64,000 bases of DNA from a virus: the IMG/VR virus record IMGVR_UViG_3300035145_003920, positions 1 to 64,000 of that record. The stretch is one strand, 5' to 3'. This document shows, piece after piece, positions 58,254-64,000 of this stretch. Under the pieces are notes generated by a model that saw only the letters and a list, made by a program, of their open reading frames with translations, was not told the DNA's origin and made no database searches. Every line of letters starts with the position of its first letter. Positions within the stretch are counted from its first letter, which is position 1. Both the position numbers and the translations under genes were made by a program.

Positions 58254-58921
58254 TATTTATACTTATTGTAAAATGCAATAACAGCTTGTGAAAATTGAGA
58301 TGATTCAACAAAATCAGGATTAACTTGTTTGATATTATCTACCATAGCATCTAAAAGTTGACCCATTTTATCTCTAGTATTAATCATTTTAAAATTAGAT
58401 TTTTGATCATCTAAATCTTTATCTATAATTCTAACAGAACTAGCTACTTCACCTTCTCCTCCTTGTTGTTCTTGTTCTATAATACCTGCTAATTGTTGAA
58501 ATCTTGTTTTCATATTAATATTTTCTTGTATTCCTGTAACAGTTCTATTGTTGTGTTTATCTTTTAAAAAATCTACTAACCTTTGATTCATATTAAAATC
58601 ATCTTCTAATTCTTTATCATCAGGTTCATTTTCAAATGTAGCAGCTAAATCTTTTAAAAAAGTATTTTCTACACTATCATCTACTATTGCTTCTACATCA
58701 TCATCAATATCTAATTTATCTAACCAAGTTTGACTTTTTTTTTCATCTGGTTTTCTAAAAGCAACTTGCAATACATCATATACACTTTTAGCTACTCCCA
58801 TTCCCGGGATGTTACCTATAATGGCATTAACTACAGCATCATTAATTTCACCACCCTTTTTTGCTCCTTTAATGTACTGGATGGTTTTTTTTAAATCTCC
58901 ATATGTTTTAATATCTGCCAT
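58253..58921 (-). CDS. Putative internal head protein
   Basis: Contains RFQQLAGII, matching the scaffold C-terminus RMQQLAGII. Confidence 0.68.
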   Translation of the reverse strand: MADIKTYGDLKKTIQYIKGAKKGGEINDAVVNAIIGNIPGMGVAKSVYDVLQVAFRKPDEKKSQTWLDKLDIDDDVEAIVDDSVENTFLKDLAATFENEPDDKELEDDFNMNQRLVDFLKDKHNNRTVTGIQENINMKTRFQQLAGIIEQEQQGGEGEVASSVRIIDKDLDDQKSNFKMINTRDKMGQLLDAMVDNIKQVNPDFVESSQFSQAVIAFYNKYK

Positions 58922-58926
58922 TTATT

Positions 58927-59367
58927 TTAAGCTTCTGCTGGTACTTCTTCATCATCTGTATCTGGTTCTACCATTTCATTTTCACCTTCAACTGATGCTC
59001 CACTTGCAGGACCATAGGTTAATATACGAGAAATAGCTTTGGCAGCCATTTCTTCTTCATCTAAATTTAATAAATAATATTTTTTACCTGATACTTGAGC
59101 AATCCAACTTCTAGGATCAAATATAAGAACAAAATTTTGCCCATTTAATAAATTAATTCTAAAAGTTGAAGGACGAGGAGCTACCCAATCTACTGATTCA
59201 AGAAATTTGTCAAAATCAACAGTAAGTAAATCTATGATAACTGCTTTAAGTTCAGGGAATTTAACTAATTCATCATATGCTACAGCAGCATCATCTCCTT
59301 TAATTTTATCTTTGTATACTTGTTTAGCAAGTAATTTTATTTTCTCTTTTAATTCCGAAGCTGTCAT
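58927..59367 (-). CDS. Hypothetical protein
   Basis: 146 aa, starts [11 protein letters not shown]. Confidence 0.72.
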   Translation of the reverse strand: MTASELKEKIKLLAKQVYKDKIKGDDAAVAYDELVKFPELKAVIIDLLTVDFDKFLESVDWVAPRPSTFRINLLNGQNFVLIFDPRSWIAQVSGKKYYLLNLDEEEMAAKAISRILTYGPASGASVEGENEMVEPDTDDEEVPAEA

Positions 59368-62111
59368 TATTTGTCATTTTGTTTAGATAAATAAGCTGCT
59401 ACAGCCATTTTACGTCTTTTTTCTTGAGATTTACCTTTAAATTGAGGTGCATCTGAATCTTTAAAGTCTTCAATATGTTTTTCTACTGATGATCTTTTGG
59501 TAAGTTTTTCTTTCATTACCTCTTTAACGTGTTTTTGGATAAGGTGTTTTAAAGGTAACTCAAATTTTGTATCAGCATCTACTTCAATTTTTTCTTCATC
59601 TATAGTACCTGATGTTGGTCCTCTTTTAGCATAAAAAGATTGTTGAGCATCTGCTTCTCTACTTAAACCACCCATTACATGATCAACTGCGTCTTTTAAT
59701 CCTTTAGCTGAAATAGGAGTGGGTGAATAATTACCATCTACCATATAAGCATCCATTCCTGCTCTAGCTAATCTGCTTGTTTCTTTCATCCCTGCTTTAA
59801 TAGCCTCTTTTTGATCAATTTGGTAACCACCCATTTGTCTAATTGAGAATTTATTGGTATCATCATCATAATCAAATATTACATATTGATCCTTACCAGA
59901 TGGTTCTCTTTTAACTATATAACTATTATCGCTGTGAAAATGATTGTCTAAAATATATTCTTCTTTAAAGTAAATAAGTAATTCCTTACCATCCATTGCC
60001 TCGTTTAAAGAACTTTTAACAACTTTAATTAAATTAGGATAGCGTTTAGCAAAATCTAATGCTTGACTATAATCTCCGTCAAATACTACATTATTAAGCT
60101 CTGTACCTTTTGTATAAGATGTTTGATCAGCTCCTGCTTTAAGTTCAGCATCAGTATACCATTCATTTTTGTCATCAGATAATTCTCCTGATTCAACATT
60201 GAAATACACTACTGGTGGTAAAAGTTCTACTGAATATTGTTGTTGGGAAGTTGTGTCGCCTTTTTCGTTTTTCATAATAATTTTGGCAACATCTTCTATA
60301 GATTGAGCATTATCTAAAATATCGAAAACATAGCTTCCTCCACCACTTTCATTATCATAAGTAGTATAACGGCTAATTTTGTCTTTGATTGCATCAGCAT
60401 CTCTACCAGAGGCAGATGACCATTGTTTCCAAAGAGGCACTATTGCTTTAATCTTATCTTTAATTGAAAGTTCACCTTCGGGGTAGCGAGGAGTATTAGC
60501 TTCGTCTAAGTAATCTTTCTCAGCTCTTCTTCGTTGCATGTAGTCTGTAGGAGTAGTATCATCATCAAATTTTAGATTAGAAATTGCATCAGCATAATCT
60601 ACCATTTTTCCACTATCAACAAACTCAACTTTCCATTCTGTTTCAGGTCCATGCATATGAACTACTACAGCTCTACCAGCGTAAGTAGCAGGTTTCATTT
60701 CTGTAGGATCCATTTCTTCATTTACTCCAGAGGCAACATCTTTTATTTTATCAACATGGCCTTTTAAATAATGTACTTTATCAGCATCAATACCTAAATC
60801 TCTAGATAAATTAATAATTACAGATCGTAATCCTTCTGCTGCTTTAATATGTTTATCATCTGCTTTTTTAGAATTAAGAACATCTTTTTCTAATTTGAAT
60901 AATTGATCATGTCTATAAGTCCATTCACCTAATTCTTCAGCTGTTTTACCACTATCTAATAATTCTTTTCTTAAAGCTTCAGCACCTGGGCAAATATCAA
61001 AATGTTTAGGTTCAGTATGAGCACTATAATTTACTTCATTTAGCATAGCATCAATTTTATCTACCTTTTCTTCGCCATCTAAATAATGCTTAGCTTTAAC
61101 TATATAATCTCTTGCTTTGATAATTTTACCTTGCCACCAATGTGGAAAATCTACTTCTCCTTGGTCATCATAATTATCCATCATTTTATATAGTTCAGCT
61201 GCGTATTTAGCTATTCTATATAAATCTTTTTTAAGCATACGAGGTTCATTATCTTGATGTCCTACATCTAGATCTTCTTGCATGTAATCTTCATCTTCAT
61301 CTTCATCATATGAATCATAGAAATCATCTTCTTCATCATAATCATCTTCTTCTTCATCTTCATATTCAGAATCAAAATCAAACATTTCTCTTCCTAATTC
61401 ATCATATTGATCTTCAGGAATACCTTCAATATAACTAAGTACTAATTCAGCAACTTCATCAAGCATTTTTTCATATACTTCATCTCTGTATTCACCTACT
61501 ACTGCATCAAATAATGCTTCTAATTTTCTTTGTTCTTCTCTATTTATTTGAGATGAATTAACTAAAAATGAATGAGCAGGTCCTGCGGTTTCAGTTCCAT
61601 ATCCTTCCCAAAATCTATCACCATCATTGTACCATCTATAAACTAATCTATTCATAGCTCTAAGCATTTCACCTTCAACAGATTTAGAAGGTCCACTACT
61701 TGGAACTAATTTATCCCACAATGCTTCATTTCTTGATTTTAAGGGCTCCTGTAGGAATTCTTTAATGAGATTTTCGGTTTTAATATCTTGTTTAATTTTA
61801 ACAGGGTGCATTTTACCACTGCCTTTTGGGAATTCAAATTCTTTTTTACCTGCATCTCTAGCAGCGTCAGCAGCTAAGACAAAAGGAGATGCCTCTTTAA
61901 CAGTAAGAGCATCTTTAATCATTGATTTAAGATTTTCTAAGTTCATTTTTTCAACTTTTTTCTTGGCCTGTTTAGTGGCAATTCCATACATAACCTTTTC
62001 AGCATCCCCACCGTATTTTTTAACTAGAGCTTGTTTGTTCTTTAACAAACCTTTTAGAGCGATTTTTCTTTGCTCTAGTTCGTTTTCGGTGAGTTTGCGC
62101 TCGTTTAACAT
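59367..62111 (-). CDS. Large mosaic protein (putative protease-processed polyprotein)
   Basis: 914 aa of dissimilar modules separated by (L/I/V/M)xE sites. Confidence 0.72.
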   Translation of the reverse strand: MLNERKLTENELEQRKIALKGLLKNKQALVKKYGGDAEKVMYGIATKQAKKKVEKMNLENLKSMIKDALTVKEASPFVLAADAARDAGKKEFEFPKGSGKMHPVKIKQDIKTENLIKEFLQEPLKSRNEALWDKLVPSSGPSKSVEGEMLRAMNRLVYRWYNDGDRFWEGYGTETAGPAHSFLVNSSQINREEQRKLEALFDAVVGEYRDEVYEKMLDEVAELVLSYIEGIPEDQYDELGREMFDFDSEYEDEEEDDYDEEDDFYDSYDEDEDEDYMQEDLDVGHQDNEPRMLKKDLYRIAKYAAELYKMMDNYDDQGEVDFPHWWQGKIIKARDYIVKAKHYLDGEEKVDKIDAMLNEVNYSAHTEPKHFDICPGAEALRKELLDSGKTAEELGEWTYRHDQLFKLEKDVLNSKKADDKHIKAAEGLRSVIINLSRDLGIDADKVHYLKGHVDKIKDVASGVNEEMDPTEMKPATYAGRAVVVHMHGPETEWKVEFVDSGKMVDYADAISNLKFDDDTTPTDYMQRRRAEKDYLDEANTPRYPEGELSIKDKIKAIVPLWKQWSSASGRDADAIKDKISRYTTYDNESGGGSYVFDILDNAQSIEDVAKIIMKNEKGDTTSQQQYSVELLPPVVYFNVESGELSDDKNEWYTDAELKAGADQTSYTKGTELNNVVFDGDYSQALDFAKRYPNLIKVVKSSLNEAMDGKELLIYFKEEYILDNHFHSDNSYIVKREPSGKDQYVIFDYDDDTNKFSIRQMGGYQIDQKEAIKAGMKETSRLARAGMDAYMVDGNYSPTPISAKGLKDAVDHVMGGLSREADAQQSFYAKRGPTSGTIDEEKIEVDADTKFELPLKHLIQKHVKEVMKEKLTKRSSVEKHIEDFKDSDAPQFKGKSQEKRRKMAVAAYLSKQNDK

Positions 62112-62112
62112 C

Positions 62113-62793
62113 TTATCTTTCTACTACGTGTGATCTTGTAAAGAAAGTAATTGAGTTACCGATTTGGTCGGCTAATTTTTCATCTCCAATAGCTACAGCT
62201 TTATCATAAGCTACTTTTAAGCTATTCTGAATGTCTTGTTCATCTGAGGATAAACCTGCAGGAGCAGAAGGAGCAGGGGCTTCAACATCAGCTTCAACTT
62301 CATCTTCTACTTCTACCTCAGCATCATCTGGTTCAATCTCATCAGCTGCATCATCGATTTCATCTTCATCTTCATTAAGTAATGAAATAATATCTTCTTT
62401 AATTTTAGCTTTAAGTTCAGACACTTTCATTTTAGATGAAGGAACTTCTTCTTGAATTTCTTCTTCAGTTACTTCTTCAGTAACTTTTTCTTCATTTAAT
62501 GTTTCAAAAAATCCTTCAATTCTATCCATTAGGGCATTTGCTTTTACCACATCAGTTTCTCCTCCTCCTGCACCTAGTCCCAATTTTTCGTACATTGCTA
62601 CTAGCATATCCCCAATATAATCTAATTCTTCATCAGAAAAGACTTCTGTTGGATGTGGACGGTTTTCATTTATTTTATCTTCAGCTAAATTTTCATCAAC
62701 TTCCTGAGATTCAGTGATTAATTTATTCTCTTCAACTTCTTTTTGAAGTAAAGGATTATTCTTTAAATATTCTTGATAATTAAAATCGCTCAT
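62113..62793 (-). CDS. Acidic putative internal head protein
   Basis: [10 protein letters not shown] start; internal [20 protein letters not shown]; late motif at 62811-62818. Confidence 0.7.
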   Translation of the reverse strand: MSDFNYQEYLKNNPLLQKEVEENKLITESQEVDENLAEDKINENRPHPTEVFSDEELDYIGDMLVAMYEKLGLGAGGGETDVVKANALMDRIEGFFETLNEEKVTEEVTEEEIQEEVPSSKMKVSELKAKIKEDIISLLNEDEDEIDDAADEIEPDDAEVEVEDEVEADVEAPAPSAPAGLSSDEQDIQNSLKVAYDKAVAIGDEKLADQIGNSITFFTRSHVVER

Positions 62794-62818
62794 TATAGTA
62801 TATTTTTATTTATAAATA

Positions 62819-63454
62819 TTAGTTCCTTCTGTTAATGTTACCTCTTCCTGAACTAGATGTGGAATTATTACTAGTAGGAGGTGGGGTAAAATTACTACCT
62901 TTTGAGATATTAGGTCTACTAATTGAAGGACGTGTATTTATATTATTATTATTTGGTTGTCTTAAGTAAATTCTATTATTATTATTACCTCTAGGAGGGT
63001 TTATGTTTATATTGTTATTTACATTATTATTAGAATTATTATTATTTCTTACTCCATTAGGGGTTACAATAATATTATTACTTCCTCTTCTACCATTAAC
63101 ATAAACTCTAGGTTTTTGAGGTTTAATAGGTAATTCTAAACTGTAATTATATACTGGTGGTTTATAGTAAAAATCTCTATAATACCATGAATTTGGTCTA
63201 TATAAACTATTCCATCCATACCCATAATAAGGATAATTCCAATATCCCCAATTTAAATTAGAATTAAATCTATAATTATCAAATACAGTATTATAATTAT
63301 ATTTTTGGAATTGTTTAATAGGAACAGCTAAAGTATCACCTGTTGCAGTAATAGTTAATACTTTAGTAATTTTAACTTTAGGAGTAGTGCTAACCTGGTA
63401 AACACCACAACTTGTTAGACTTAATGCTAACAGTAATGTTATTATATATCTCAT
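62819..63454 (-). CDS. Lipoprotein with Tyr/Trp-rich and Asn/Arg/Pro-rich disordered tail
   Basis: Lipobox LTS|C. Confidence 0.75.
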   Translation of the reverse strand: MRYIITLLLALSLTSCGVYQVSTTPKVKITKVLTITATGDTLAVPIKQFQKYNYNTVFDNYRFNSNLNWGYWNYPYYGYGWNSLYRPNSWYYRDFYYKPPVYNYSLELPIKPQKPRVYVNGRRGSNNIIVTPNGVRNNNNSNNNVNNNININPPRGNNNNRIYLRQPNNNNINTRPSISRPNISKGSNFTPPPTSNNSTSSSGRGNINRRN

Positions 63455-63458
63455 ATTT

Positions 63459-63860
63459 TTAGTCTCCTGGAAAGTAACCTGGAGATTTTCTCCAACTATC
63501 TAGAGCAGCTCCTTTGGCTTTAATATAAGAATCTTTATCATCTCTAAATTTATCATCTAGAATTTGAATTCTTTCCCAGGGTGATGCTGCTTCAACATCA
63601 ATTTTAATAGTTACATTTCCATATTTATCTTTAATACCTTCTTTCCAATTTTCAAGGTCATTTCCACTTTGAACACTTCTATAGGAATCATCTGGGTTAG
63701 GAAAATTTAAGCCAAACATAGGAATTTTACCAAACATAGACTTTACTACATTAAAAGTTAATTGGTCTAGTTTCATAGTTGCTTGTTTTGGACCCATTCT
63801 TCCGTCTACTTCATCTAAGTAACGTTTTTTGTTCCAATTGTGTACATCAAAATTGCTCAT
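63459..63860 (-). CDS. Putative internal head protein
   Basis: MSNFDVHNWNKKRYLDE start; late motif at 63875-63882. Confidence 0.65.
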   Translation of the reverse strand: MSNFDVHNWNKKRYLDEVDGRMGPKQATMKLDQLTFNVVKSMFGKIPMFGLNFPNPDDSYRSVQSGNDLENWKEGIKDKYGNVTIKIDVEAASPWERIQILDDKFRDDKDSYIKAKGAALDSWRKSPGYFPGD

Positions 63861-63890
63861 AATAATATGTTTATTATAAATATATAATTT

Positions 63891-64000
63891 TTACTGTTTA
63901 AGTGATTCTAAATATTCTACAACTTCTTTAGTAGATTTTTTAATTTCTTCTTTATTATGTTTTCCTCTCCACTTTTCAACATCTCCGTCTTCTGAAATAA
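63891..64000 (-). CDS. C-terminal end of a gene entering from the window edge
   Basis: ...ISEDGDVEKWRGKHNKEEIKKSTKEVVEYLESLKQ*. Confidence 0.6.
   Translation of the reverse strand, partial: ISEDGDVEKWRGKHNKEEIKKSTKEVVEYLESLKQ

Noticed and set aside
1-64000. Integrase, transposase, reverse transcriptase/DGR or rRNA
   Set aside because: No supporting motifs in the translated ORFs or the intergenic sequence

Overview
A 64-kb, AT-rich segment of a large T4-like (myovirus-type) phage genome; every credible gene lies on the minus strand. The host is very likely a Bacteroidota (Flavobacteriia-type) cell: there are no obvious Shine-Dalgarno sites, promoters have the TTTG-N20-TAnnTT geometry, and signal peptides are followed by Gln. 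In window order: (1) 1-3.8 kb, thioredoxin, tRNA-Ser(UGA) and a 7-deazaguanine module (Cys-less QueC plus a TGT/DpdA-like protein); (2) 3.8-7.2 kb, an exported nuclease and a lysis-like cassette; (3) 7.3-13.1 kb, an operon of exported/outer-membrane proteins (CsgG-like protein, cohesin-dockerin-cohesin protein, surface lipoprotein, low-complexity beta-barrel protein), the best candidate for an undescribed system; (4) 13.5-22.3 kb, replication (nrdA/nrdB, helicase, 5'-3' exonuclease, RecA/UvsX, SSB, short PolA-like protein); (5) 22.3-51.6 kb, baseplate, tape measure, a tail chaperone with a probable T7 frameshift, tube, sheath, two glycosyltransferases, neck, PhoH, capsid, scaffold, protease, portal and terminase; (6) 51.6-64 kb, a spanin-like pair, nucleotide/redox enzymes, an unannotated 21-aa 9-Cys metallothionein-like peptide, a structured non-coding element and putative internal head proteins sharing targeting/cleavage motifs. 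All product calls come from motifs recognised by eye; no database searches were run.
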